A stretch of 64,000 nucleotides of DNA from Ostreococcus lucimarinus (lineage: Eukaryota), in the NCBI GenBank assembly GCA_000092065.1, contig CP000589.1; one strand, 5' to 3'. Positions 30,635 through 39,654 of this stretch are shown here, in pieces. The position numbers were made by a program, and so were the translations under genes. The notes beneath the pieces are model-generated. The model was given only the letters and a program-made list of their open reading frames with translations, was not told where the DNA came from and made no database searches. The first letter of the stretch is position 1. The number at the start of each line of letters is the position of its first letter.

Positions 30635-33154
30635 ATGGACGCGACGTCGGCCACCGCGCGCGTCGCGACGCGCGCGCGCGGCATCGGCGTGCGAAACGCT
30701 GCGCGACCGGGTGTCCCCGCGCGCGCGCACCGCGCGACGCGTCGCGCGCGACGCGACGCGACGGCGAGAGCGTCGGAGCGCGCGGACGACGAACGCACCG
30801 CGGGACCCGACAGTCTGCGCACGCGGGCGCGAACGGCGGTGGACGCGGCGAACGCGGCGCTCGGGACGGGCTCCGCGGCGCGTTCGCGCGAGAGCGCGGC
30901 GGGACGACGGCGCTCGAGCGAGCCCGCGCGCGTCGAGGCGAACGATGGGGTGGAGTACGACGTTAAATTAATCGTCACTGATGTCGATGGAACGCTGTTG
31001 GACTCGAAGCAGCGGTTGAGCGAGAGGACGGCGGCGGCGCTGCGGGAAGCGGCGGAGTTGGGCGTGCGCACCGTCGTCGCCACGGGGAAGACCAGAGGGC
31101 CGTGGGCGCGCAAGCTGTACGACGAGCTCGGGCGGGATAACAAGAAGATGCCTGGGTTATTCATACAAGGTCTCATCACGTGCGACGGACTCGGGAAGAC
31201 GATCAAGAGTCGGACGCTGGATAAGGCGTACGTGAAGGATATTTTGCGCTTTGCGCAAGCGCGAGACTGCACGATTGTGGCGTTTTGCGACACTAAGATC
31301 GTGTGTTCGACGCGAAATGAGCTCACGGACAAAGTCTTAGACTACGGCGAGCCAGAACCGGTGGAGTGCGGAGATTTATTGGCCAAGAGCGATGAGTACG
31401 ACGTCAACAAGTTGTTACTCTTTTGCGACGACGCCGACGTGCAACGATACCGCCTCGAGGTGCGCGGAAGCTCGCTCTCCGACGCATGCGATGTTACCGT
31501 GGCCGTGTCCGGTATGTTAGAATTCTTACCGAAAGGTGCGAGCAAAGGCGCCGCTGTTCGCGAGCTGTGTGAGTCGTTGGAAATCGATTTAGCCAACGTC
31601 CTGGCGCTGGGCGACGGTGAAAACGACAAGGAAATGCTAACCTACGCGGGTGTCGGCGTCGCCGTCGGAAATGCGAGCGACGCCACGAAAGCGGTGGCGG
31701 ATATTGTTTTGGACGAAACGAACGATGATGACGCCGTGGCTGTGGCTATAGAAAGGTACGTGCTTCCGGTATTGAGACGCGAAGCCAAAGCCAAGGCGGA
31801 GGCAGAGGCGGAAGCAAAGCGCAAGCTGAAAGAAGAAGCTAAAGCCAAGGCCACAGCAAAGGTTCAGGCAGCGAAAGAAAAAGCGGAGTATCAAGTGCTT
31901 TTAAGACAAAAGACCGAAGACGAGCGCAGAGAGGCGGAAGCTGAGCTCGAGGCTGAGCTCGAGTTGAAGGTCGAAACTGAGGAAAAATTGCTCGGATTGG
32001 TCAGAGCAGTGGCGCAAGGCACACAACGCGTCAGCGAAGCGCTCACGCCGCAAGAAATTGAAGCGAACGAAGCTAGAGACGCGGCGTCGACGACGTCTTC
32101 GTCGGTGGAAAGTGAGACCACAACCGACGAGAGGCAGGCGCAGCTCGACGCGATCGAAGCGTTGGCCGCAAAGCAATCGCAAGAGTTGCTTGAACGCCAA
32201 CGCGCGAATCAAGAGCGTTTGAAAAGACTGCAGCTCGAGTACCAAGCCGCCAAGGCGGAGCTCGCAAAGGTTGAAAAGAAAAGCACGGCAAAAATGGCTG
32301 CAAAAGTTGTCAAAGTTGACGACCGCGCGACGTCCACCGACGCCGAGGAAGACGAGAAGGAACGCATTCGTTCTGAGACAAACATCATCAAGGCTCGTAC
32401 ATCTCTCAAGAAAGCCGCTCAAAAGGCGAAGAGTGACGCCCGAAAGTCTGAAAAAGAAGCGCGCGTACAGGAAAAGCGCCAAGTGGAGGAGACTGGCGTA
32501 ACAACTAAGGACGCGGTGAACGGTGCAAATCTCTTCGCCGGCTTCGTCGCCTCGGCGCTTAAAACCGTCGCCACGCTGGGCGGAGCGGAAGTTTTGCGTC
32601 GTCGTCAAGAGGCTGATCGCGATGCGTCGAAAGCGCGCTTACTTTTGGAATTGGTGGATGTCGACGGCGGCCGCGAATGTAGTCCAGACACGCTCGAGCG
32701 CATCAACGAGGCAATCGCCACGCTCGAGGCGTTGAATCCCACAAAAAAAGGAGCGAAGAGCACTCTGATGCTCGGCCTTTGGAGCTGCGCGTTCACGAAT
32801 TGTCCGCAGATTCTGGGAACGGAAGGCATCAACATGATGAAACAGAAGGGCGCGACCACATTCTTTAGCTACGATCTCGACACCGAGCGGTGCGAAATCG
32901 ACCGAGGGTGGCCTCTGAGACGTCTGCGAGCGAGCGTATCGTACAGAACTGATTCTTCGTTCGAGCTCGATATTCCCCTGGCTCCCATATCTAAAGTGTT
33001 CGGGATTTCGTTATCCAACGAAGAGCGCAACTACTCCGCCCTGACGGTGACGTATCTCGATCCGGACATGCAAATTTGCCGAGGTCGCGACGATACCGTG
33101 TACGTCTTCGTGCAAAACGACCCGACGCACAGGCTCGATCTCATCGGCGATTAA
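30635..33154 (+). CDS. HAD-superfamily Cof-type hydrolase fused to coiled-coil region and C-terminal PAP/fibrillin (plastid lipid-associated protein) domain
   Basis: N-terminal transit-like peptide. LIVTDVDGTLLDS (HAD motif I), GKTRGP, GDGENDKEM (motif IV). A ~250-aa E/A/K coiled coil follows. The C-terminal IATLEALNPTKKGAKSTLMLGLWSCAFTN...YLDPDMQICRG matches the fibrillin domain (ALEALNPTP...LxGKWxLxYTS). Confidence 0.65.
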   Translation: MDATSATARVATRARGIGVRNAARPGVPARAHRATRRARRDATARASERADDERTAGPDSLRTRARTAVDAANAALGTGSAARSRESAAGRRRSSEPARVEANDGVEYDVKLIVTDVDGTLLDSKQRLSERTAAALREAAELGVRTVVATGKTRGPWARKLYDELGRDNKKMPGLFIQGLITCDGLGKTIKSRTLDKAYVKDILRFAQARDCTIVAFCDTKIVCSTRNELTDKVLDYGEPEPVECGDLLAKSDEYDVNKLLLFCDDADVQRYRLEVRGSSLSDACDVTVAVSGMLEFLPKGASKGAAVRELCESLEIDLANVLALGDGENDKEMLTYAGVGVAVGNASDATKAVADIVLDETNDDDAVAVAIERYVLPVLRREAKAKAEAEAEAKRKLKEEAKAKATAKVQAAKEKAEYQVLLRQKTEDERREAEAELEAELELKVETEEKLLGLVRAVAQGTQRVSEALTPQEIEANEARDAASTTSSSVESETTTDERQAQLDAIEALAAKQSQELLERQRANQERLKRLQLEYQAAKAELAKVEKKSTAKMAAKVVKVDDRATSTDAEEDEKERIRSETNIIKARTSLKKAAQKAKSDARKSEKEARVQEKRQVEETGVTTKDAVNGANLFAGFVASALKTVATLGGAEVLRRRQEADRDASKARLLLELVDVDGGRECSPDTLERINEAIATLEALNPTKKGAKSTLMLGLWSCAFTNCPQILGTEGINMMKQKGATTFFSYDLDTERCEIDRGWPLRRLRASVSYRTDSSFELDIPLAPISKVFGISLSNEERNYSALTVTYLDPDMQICRGRDDTVYVFVQNDPTHRLDLIGD

Positions 33155-33330
33155 CGCGACGCGCGAAGCGTTCGTTCCTCGCCTCGCCTTAGCTCTCGCG
33201 TTGTGATAGAGGTGCCCGCAATCGTCCCTCAACTCCCCCCCGGTGCCCGGATTTTCAGAGAATCGCGATCGCGCGCAGAACTCGGAGACGAGCGCGCGCC
33301 GGCGCGGCGCCACCGCGCGTCGCGCGCGCG

Positions 33331-35892
33331 ATGTCGAACCCGCTCGAAGAACGCTTCCGCAGGTCATGGTTCGAACACCTCAGTCGCCTTCGAGAAGTCG
33401 AAGCCGCGTGCGCGCCGGAGATCGAAGGCGATCCGGCCCTCCGGTACAGCGTGCCCCGGATCGTCTGCATCGGTGAAGAGTCCTCTGGGAAATCCTCCAC
33501 GCTCGAGCGCGTGGCGATGATGAGCGTGTTTCCGAGCGACGAGAGACTGTGCACGCGGGTGCCGATCGAGCTGCGGCTGAGGCATCGCGATCGGGAGAGT
33601 TTGGCAAAGGAGGAAGAGCGGTTTAGGGACGGGTACGTCGTCATGAAAATGGCGCCGGGCGAGGATTCCAAGTTAAACGCGGACGTTTCCTCACAGATGC
33701 ATCCCGATGAAGTTCCGGCGCAAGTTCGCACGTGGATGGAAGAGCTAGTCGCGGCGGCGAACGGCAAAGTGACGGGCGTGACGGATGACCGGATAATCAT
33801 CGAGCTGTACTCTCCGCTGTGCGTCAACCTGGATTTGATCGATTTACCTGGGATCGTGGCTGGGAGCATACCAGGGGAGCCTACGGACATGATGGACCGC
33901 ACGAGAAATCTATCGGCATCGTTCTTGAATGATAAGGCGCATCCACATACGTTTGTCATCGCCGTCGCATCGGCGCGCGAGGCGAGAATTCGTAACTCGC
34001 AAGCGATGGAATTGGTGCAGCGTTACAATAAAGTGCAATTCACTATTGGTGCTTTGACGATGGCGGATCTTTCAGCAGACAGTCGCCGTGAATCACCATA
34101 TACGAGACTGATCGAACGTTTGAATGCACAAGCGGACGATACGCCGGAGCTCGGTCTTGGGTACGTGGCTCTCAAGAATCGCGACACCGTTACGGCGACA
34201 CGAGAAAACCAATCGAGAGAAGAACTCGAGAAGGCCAACCAAGATGAAAAAGAATGGTTTGCTGAGCATCTTTCCGGACATACTGAACGCTGTGGCATTG
34301 AAAGTCTCGTCGATAGACTCGTGCAAAAAGTTGACGAGTACACCAGGGGGCCATGGATCGTAGCCGAGCGCGAGCGCATCGAGACTGAGCTCGTGAAAGT
34401 GCGACAAGAATTAAGCGACATGGGCGAGTTCCTGCCGAACGATTTGAATGAACTTATTTCTTACTTTTCCAGTGAGATAGAGAAGCAGTGTAAACCTTCG
34501 TTTGAAACACTTCTTGAGTTTGTTCCAACGGTGACATCCGGCAGCGCCGGACTGCAAGATATCTACGACGCCGCAAACTTTACGATTTGGCAACACAGCG
34601 ATATCCACTCGCTAATGCCGTCAATTTCTCCAACCACTTTAAAGACATTCGACGGTCGAATGTTCTACGGCGAACCCACCTTTACAAAAAGATGGTCGCC
34701 GTTTGTGAAAATCACGCACAAACATCTTTTTGGGCAAGACACGCAGACACCTGAGACACCGTCCCATGCCTCATCAAATGGCGTTTGGACAATGCGGCGT
34801 GACGCTATAAACACAATTTCAGATCACTTCAATCAGACTTTTTGTAACGGTAGCCTGCTATTCGTTGGCCGACGTTGCTCATACGACGACGATGGTTGCG
34901 GTGGTGACAAGTTGGTTGGATTCTTTATCACACAGGACATGATACAACAAAGAAGACACGATATTCAGACCATGTTGGCGGCGTTGGGCAAGCGTGTGCC
35001 AACAGACAACCGTTCTCCTTGGACGAAGAGAGAGAACCATGAGAGCGATTCTCAGGATTCGAATTCTCAGTCACCAAATAATGTTGGAACAGGCACTGGT
35101 TTTGATTTTGCTCCGAACCTTTTTACTCAGCGTGCAGAGCGCGGACCGTTTCGTCGCGCGCGACGTTCAACGCGCGGCGGTCTCGAACAAGATGGGGAAG
35201 TAGTTGTTCTTTACCACCCTGCACGACCAGCTTTCAGAGCGAAGTTAGAGATATCTGAGGACCTGGAGAAATATTATGAGAACGTCTTGCATCTGCGCGA
35301 GTCTGTCGTTCGGATTTTCCAGACGAATGCTCGCGCCTTCTTTAAATCATCAATCACGGACGTATTGGACGTTCTGAAAGCAAAGGATGCGCGATTTTCT
35401 GTGTTTTTCGAATCGCTCTCTGTGATTCTTGATGATTGGTGCGAGGTGTGTGTTCGGAACGTAACCACTGAATTTGCTGAGTGGCTTACGAGGACAGGAG
35501 CCGTATCAGAGAATCGTGATGCGCATTTTCAAATCACCGCTTCGTATTTTACTAACTCGATAACACGCAAAATGCGCGAAATGATATTCTTTCATTACGC
35601 TGATTCAAGCATTGCCAAAGTTTTCGAATCAGGCGAGCTCAATGAAATCATGCGGCGGCACTGCGACGAGCATAACATCGATGTAGACGATCTTTACGTT
35701 GAAAACTGTGTTGAACAGCGTAAGAAAGCGGTGATGAAAATGGAAATGCTGACAACCATGAAGAACAGCCTACATCAAATATTTACGAGTGAAGTGGACG
35801 AACAAAGTAACGAACAACTTCCAAACACGCCAGAAGCAGATGCGGCACCTGTCCCGACTCTCTCGCACTCTCTCAGTCGAACTTCGATCTGA
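33331..35892 (+). CDS. dynamin-superfamily large GTPase (Mx/DRP-like)
   Basis: PRIVCIGEESSGKSSTLERV (G1), ...TRVPIEL (G2 region), DLIDLPGI (G3), and LTMADLS (a TKxD-like G4 region). Long alpha-helical C-terminus. ATG verified. Confidence 0.75.
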   Translation: MSNPLEERFRRSWFEHLSRLREVEAACAPEIEGDPALRYSVPRIVCIGEESSGKSSTLERVAMMSVFPSDERLCTRVPIELRLRHRDRESLAKEEERFRDGYVVMKMAPGEDSKLNADVSSQMHPDEVPAQVRTWMEELVAAANGKVTGVTDDRIIIELYSPLCVNLDLIDLPGIVAGSIPGEPTDMMDRTRNLSASFLNDKAHPHTFVIAVASAREARIRNSQAMELVQRYNKVQFTIGALTMADLSADSRRESPYTRLIERLNAQADDTPELGLGYVALKNRDTVTATRENQSREELEKANQDEKEWFAEHLSGHTERCGIESLVDRLVQKVDEYTRGPWIVAERERIETELVKVRQELSDMGEFLPNDLNELISYFSSEIEKQCKPSFETLLEFVPTVTSGSAGLQDIYDAANFTIWQHSDIHSLMPSISPTTLKTFDGRMFYGEPTFTKRWSPFVKITHKHLFGQDTQTPETPSHASSNGVWTMRRDAINTISDHFNQTFCNGSLLFVGRRCSYDDDGCGGDKLVGFFITQDMIQQRRHDIQTMLAALGKRVPTDNRSPWTKRENHESDSQDSNSQSPNNVGTGTGFDFAPNLFTQRAERGPFRRARRSTRGGLEQDGEVVVLYHPARPAFRAKLEISEDLEKYYENVLHLRESVVRIFQTNARAFFKSSITDVLDVLKAKDARFSVFFESLSVILDDWCEVCVRNVTTEFAEWLTRTGAVSENRDAHFQITASYFTNSITRKMREMIFFHYADSSIAKVFESGELNEIMRRHCDEHNIDVDDLYVENCVEQRKKAVMKMEMLTTMKNSLHQIFTSEVDEQSNEQLPNTPEADAAPVPTLSHSLSRTSI

Positions 35893-35969
35893 TACTTTTG
35901 TGGAACCCGTGGAGTAAAGAGTCGTAACAACAATGAATCAAATATACAACATGTTTTCTATGTTTTCTT

Positions 35970-37787
35970 CTACAAAAGTCCCGCGCGCGTTATCTCGAGC
36001 AACTCGTCCCCTGGCGCCGAGCGCACGTGAAAGTTCACCAGCGTCGGTTGCATGTACGCGATGGAAATGGACATCGCGAACGGGTACACGGGATGAAAAA
36101 CGTACTGCACGCGTCGCTTGCTTCGTCCGTTATTCGCCAGGGAGTTGTTCAGCATTAACTTGAAACTCACGCGACGCCGTTGACCCTGTTGCGCGCTGAC
36201 GAATTTAATGCCAAAGTCCACGTGCGGCTGCAAGCGGTCGATGGCGGTGATCGTGCGCTCGTCGTAAGAGAAGAGCCTCTTGTCAAAGTACGGCGACAGC
36301 GACCTGAACTGCGGTGGGTAATCTTGCGTACGGAACAAGCGCGTGGCGATGGTGTTGAACGCATCCTCATCGTCGTCATCGATCTCCGCCGTGGACGTGT
36401 TACACACAGCCAGCGCCTCTCCTTGGCTCCCCGCGAAGCGCGCCCAGGGAAAATCGCCGCGCGGCGGAGCGTTTAACTCTTCGTCCACCATTCCATTCGT
36501 ATCGCTCATGCTCGTCGCCGTCTGCGTAAATGCATTCTTACTCAGATCGAAGACACCATACATCGTCGGCCCGATGACGTTGTCCCCGCGCCGCGCCAGC
36601 GCGTACTCGGGCGTGCCAAACTTGATGAGGAGCAAATTCGCGTCCAGGATGCGCACGCGAAGCATCACCAACGACACGTATCGCTCAAAGTTTCGGTGCA
36701 ACAGTCGCAGCGCGTCCGGGCTCGACGATCGTCGCGCGTCGTGATATAACGATGTCACCAAACGCTGCGTCAATCCGGTGAGCATCGACCGCCCCGAGGC
36801 GGCGAATCCCGTCGCGCGCGTTCGCGCCTTCTCCGCCGCTTGCGGTTCGGCGTCCATCCAAGCCCGCTCGCGCGCGTCTTGTGCGGCTACAGTTTCCTTG
36901 TCCTCGTTCGTGATGTGCTCACCGATCGATGCGACTTCTTCGAATCGTCCCTCTTCGTGCACTCGCAGAAAAATCACGCGCTGATGCTTCATCGACAACA
37001 CCGCGAGCGTGTCGCCTCGAAGACTCACCGCGCCGTTCCGCGGCAGGTGCATGAAATCGTCTCGAAACGTGAACGAGTCCAATTTCTCGCCCGTCTTCGT
37101 GCGCACGAGATGTAACACGATGCGCTGCATCGAAGGCGCTCCCGAAATCCCGCCCGACGTCTCCTGCGTCTCCGTTCCGCGTCGCCCTCTCGCTCGCGCC
37201 GCCGCTCGCGCCGGCGCCCCGTCTTCGTCCTCTCGCATCGCCCCTCCCGCGGCGACCGACGACCCATCCAACGGCGTCGCGCTCGCCGCGACGATGTACT
37301 CCCCATCGTGCACCTCGAGCATGAAATCCTTCACGATCGCGTCGTCTCCATCGCTCAGATGCGTCGTCCACTTCTCTTCAAAGTACGACCAAAACGATCC
37401 CATCGCCCGCTCCGTCGCCTCGCTCGCCACCACCTCCCCTCGCTTATCCCGCCTCAGGCACGCCCGCATTCCCCTGAACGCGTACCCCACCAGCTCTTGC
37501 TGATGTCTCGACACGCACAGCAGCATCGACCCGTCGTTCGTGAACTTTCTCGGCGCCACGTCGGGAAAATCGCACACGCGACACGTCGCGTTCGGCGTCA
37601 CCCCGCTCGCGTACACTCGCCGCGCGTTCGCGTGATCGTTCCCCGCGCCTCGTCCCAGCGCCGCGCGATCGAGCGTCCACCTGAAGACGCTCGCGCGCGA
37701 CGTCTCCGCGTCGCCGTCGCGTCTTCCGCGCGCCATCCCGTCGCCATCGTCGCCGTCGTCGTCGTCGCGCCGCCGCTTCTTATCCAT
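35970..37787 (-). CDS. DET1: DET1 (de-etiolated 1) homolog
   Basis: C-terminal SLSPYFDKRLFSYDERTITAIDRLQ...VQYVFHPVYPFAMSISIAYMQPTLVNFHVRS aligns with the conserved DET1 C-terminus (SPYLDLSLFSYDD...VAFTFHPFEPFAISVQR...VVNFHMR). ORF trimmed to in-frame ATG (MDKKRRRDDDD). The upstream 37788..39017 part of the ORF-track entry is a pure CG repeat and antisense to the next gene. Confidence 0.75.
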   Translation of the reverse strand: MDKKRRRDDDDGDDGDGMARGRRDGDAETSRASVFRWTLDRAALGRGAGNDHANARRVYASGVTPNATCRVCDFPDVAPRKFTNDGSMLLCVSRHQQELVGYAFRGMRACLRRDKRGEVVASEATERAMGSFWSYFEEKWTTHLSDGDDAIVKDFMLEVHDGEYIVAASATPLDGSSVAAGGAMREDEDGAPARAAARARGRRGTETQETSGGISGAPSMQRIVLHLVRTKTGEKLDSFTFRDDFMHLPRNGAVSLRGDTLAVLSMKHQRVIFLRVHEEGRFEEVASIGEHITNEDKETVAAQDARERAWMDAEPQAAEKARTRATGFAASGRSMLTGLTQRLVTSLYHDARRSSSPDALRLLHRNFERYVSLVMLRVRILDANLLLIKFGTPEYALARRGDNVIGPTMYGVFDLSKNAFTQTATSMSDTNGMVDEELNAPPRGDFPWARFAGSQGEALAVCNTSTAEIDDDDEDAFNTIATRLFRTQDYPPQFRSLSPYFDKRLFSYDERTITAIDRLQPHVDFGIKFVSAQQGQRRRVSFKLMLNNSLANNGRSKRRVQYVFHPVYPFAMSISIAYMQPTLVNFHVRSAPGDELLEITRAGLL

Positions 37788-38184
37788 CGCGTCGTCGCCT
37801 CGCGCGCGCGGTCGCGGTGCGCCGTCGTCGCGCGCGCGCGCTCGCTCGCGCGTCGCCTCGCGCGACGCGTCGCGCGCGCGGCGTATCGTATTTTCGCGCG
37901 CTCGGCGTTCGCGTCGCGCGCGTCGCGCGCGGTCGCGCGCGCGGTGTGCGGCGCCGACGCGACGACCGACGTCACCGCGGGACGTTTCGAGCGTTTCGCC
38001 GTCGATTCGCGTCGACGCGCGCGTCGCGACGCGCGCGACGCGAACGCGCGCGCGCGCGCGGTCCGCGACGGAGAAAAATTTCGCGCGCGCGGTCGCGCGC
38101 CGTCGCGCGCGGACGCGCGTCGCGCGCGCGTCGCGACGCGTCGCGACGCGCCGTCGTCGCGAATGCGCGAATTCGCGACGCGCG
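37788..38184. promoter_or_regulatory. CpG-alternating (CGCG)n-rich island forming the DET1 / glycosyltransferase divergent intergenic region
   Basis: ~400 bp, almost exclusively C and G, with long (CG)n and GCGCGCG runs (e.g. gcgcgcgcggtcgcggtgcgccgtcgtcgcgcgcgcgcgctcgctcgcgcg). Confidence 0.6.
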
Positions 38185-39615
38185 ATGCGATCCGCGTCCG
38201 CGCGCGTCGCGCGATCCGCGACGCGCGGCGCGCGGTGTCGACGCCGACGCGCGCGCGTCGCGCGATCGACGCGCGCCGCGAGGCCGACGGCGCCGTCGAT
38301 CGCGTTCGTCGGGTGGGAGTGGATCGAACCGTCGTCCTCGGCGGCGGGCGCGCGGTCCGTCGCGCTCGTCGCGGAGGCGCTGCGGCGAGGGTGGCGCGTG
38401 ACGTGCGTCGCCAGCGCGGAGGCGCGCGCGGGGCAGGAGGACGCGCTCCGCGCGATGGGCGCCGAGACGCGCCGGATGAAGGCGAATCGAGGGGATGAAT
38501 TGCGCGCGCTCGTCGAGGCGGCGAGACCGGATTGCGTCGTGTTCGATAGGTTCCTCGCGGAGGAGGCGTACGCGGGGAGGCTGCGGGAGATCGCGCCGAG
38601 CGTGGTGCGAGTGCTCGACATGCAGGACGCGCACGCGCTGCGAAGGGCGAGGGAACGCGCGGCGAAGGCGGCGAAGACGCGCGGCGAAGACGCGGCGAAG
38701 GAGGTTTTGAAGAGCGCGCCGAACGCGAGGGACGAGGATTTGATGCGCGAGATCGCGAGCGTGCAGAGGAGCGATTTAACTCTGGTGTGCTCGCCCGTGG
38801 AAAAGGAGTGGTTGACGCGCGAGTGCGGCGTGGCGGAGAGGAAATTACGCTTGGCGTCCTTCTTCGTCGATTCCGTCGACGCCGAGGCGATGAAGAGGGA
38901 TTTTAGCGCGCGGAAGGATTTCGCCACCATCGGTACGTTCATGCATAAACCAAACGTAGATTCTGTAGAGTGGTTGTGCGAAGAGGTGTGGCCGTTGGTG
39001 CGCAAACAGCTCCCCAACGCGACGATGCGCGTGTACGGATCTTACGCCACCGAAAACCATCGTCGACGATTTCACAAACCAGCGCAAGGATTCTTGTTCG
39101 AAGGTTTCGCGGAGGACTTGGGCGAGACGTTGCGCGCGCATCGCGTGTTGCTCGCCCCGCTTCGGTTCGGCGCCGGTATCAAAGGCAAGATTCTCGACGC
39201 GTGGCGATACGGATTACCCGCGTGCACGACGCCCATCGGCTCCGAGGGATGCGTGCCGGACGTCGTCGAGTTTTGGTCGCCCACTTCGAGCGCGCCGATA
39301 GACCCCGAGCACGGGTGGGGCGGGTTTGGCGATTTCACAAACCCGCAAGATATCGCCGACGCCGCCGTTCGTCTTCACGAAGACGAAAATTTGTGGCGTC
39401 TCGCTCGCGGAAACGGCGCCGACCTCCTCGATCGCCTCTTCTCCGCCCGCGTCAACTTACCCGACGTCTTCGACGCCATCGAGCGCGTCATCGACGATGT
39501 CGATGCCGTTCGAGACGCGGATTATTTCGGCCAGTGCTTATGGCGAGAAGACGTGCGTTCGACGACGTACTTTTCCAAATGGATCGAAGCGAAAGAAACC
39601 GGCGCGACGAATTAG
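38185..39615 (+). CDS. GT-B fold glycosyltransferase (GT4-like)
   Basis: The C-terminal FEGFAEDLGETLRAHRVLLAPLRFGAGIKGKILDAWRYGLPACTTPIGSEG matches the GT4 'E..G.....EAma.G.P.v' sugar-donor-binding region. The N-terminus is R/A-rich and transit-like. ATG at 38185. Confidence 0.6.
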   Translation: MRSASARVARSATRGARCRRRRARVARSTRAARPTAPSIAFVGWEWIEPSSSAAGARSVALVAEALRRGWRVTCVASAEARAGQEDALRAMGAETRRMKANRGDELRALVEAARPDCVVFDRFLAEEAYAGRLREIAPSVVRVLDMQDAHALRRARERAAKAAKTRGEDAAKEVLKSAPNARDEDLMREIASVQRSDLTLVCSPVEKEWLTRECGVAERKLRLASFFVDSVDAEAMKRDFSARKDFATIGTFMHKPNVDSVEWLCEEVWPLVRKQLPNATMRVYGSYATENHRRRFHKPAQGFLFEGFAEDLGETLRAHRVLLAPLRFGAGIKGKILDAWRYGLPACTTPIGSEGCVPDVVEFWSPTSSAPIDPEHGWGGFGDFTNPQDIADAAVRLHEDENLWRLARGNGADLLDRLFSARVNLPDVFDAIERVIDDVDAVRDADYFGQCLWREDVRSTTYFSKWIEAKETGATN

Positions 39616-39654
39616 TTTCTAGTCTTGAATTGTATCGTGATAGATGGTCGTTAA

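Noticed and set aside
37788-39017. 5' 410 codons of the 1015-aa minus ORF that contains DET1
   Set aside because: Runs through the pure CG island and is antisense to the GT4 glycosyltransferase. The translation is poly-Arg/Ala without domain structure. DET1 homology begins only after the ATG at 37787.
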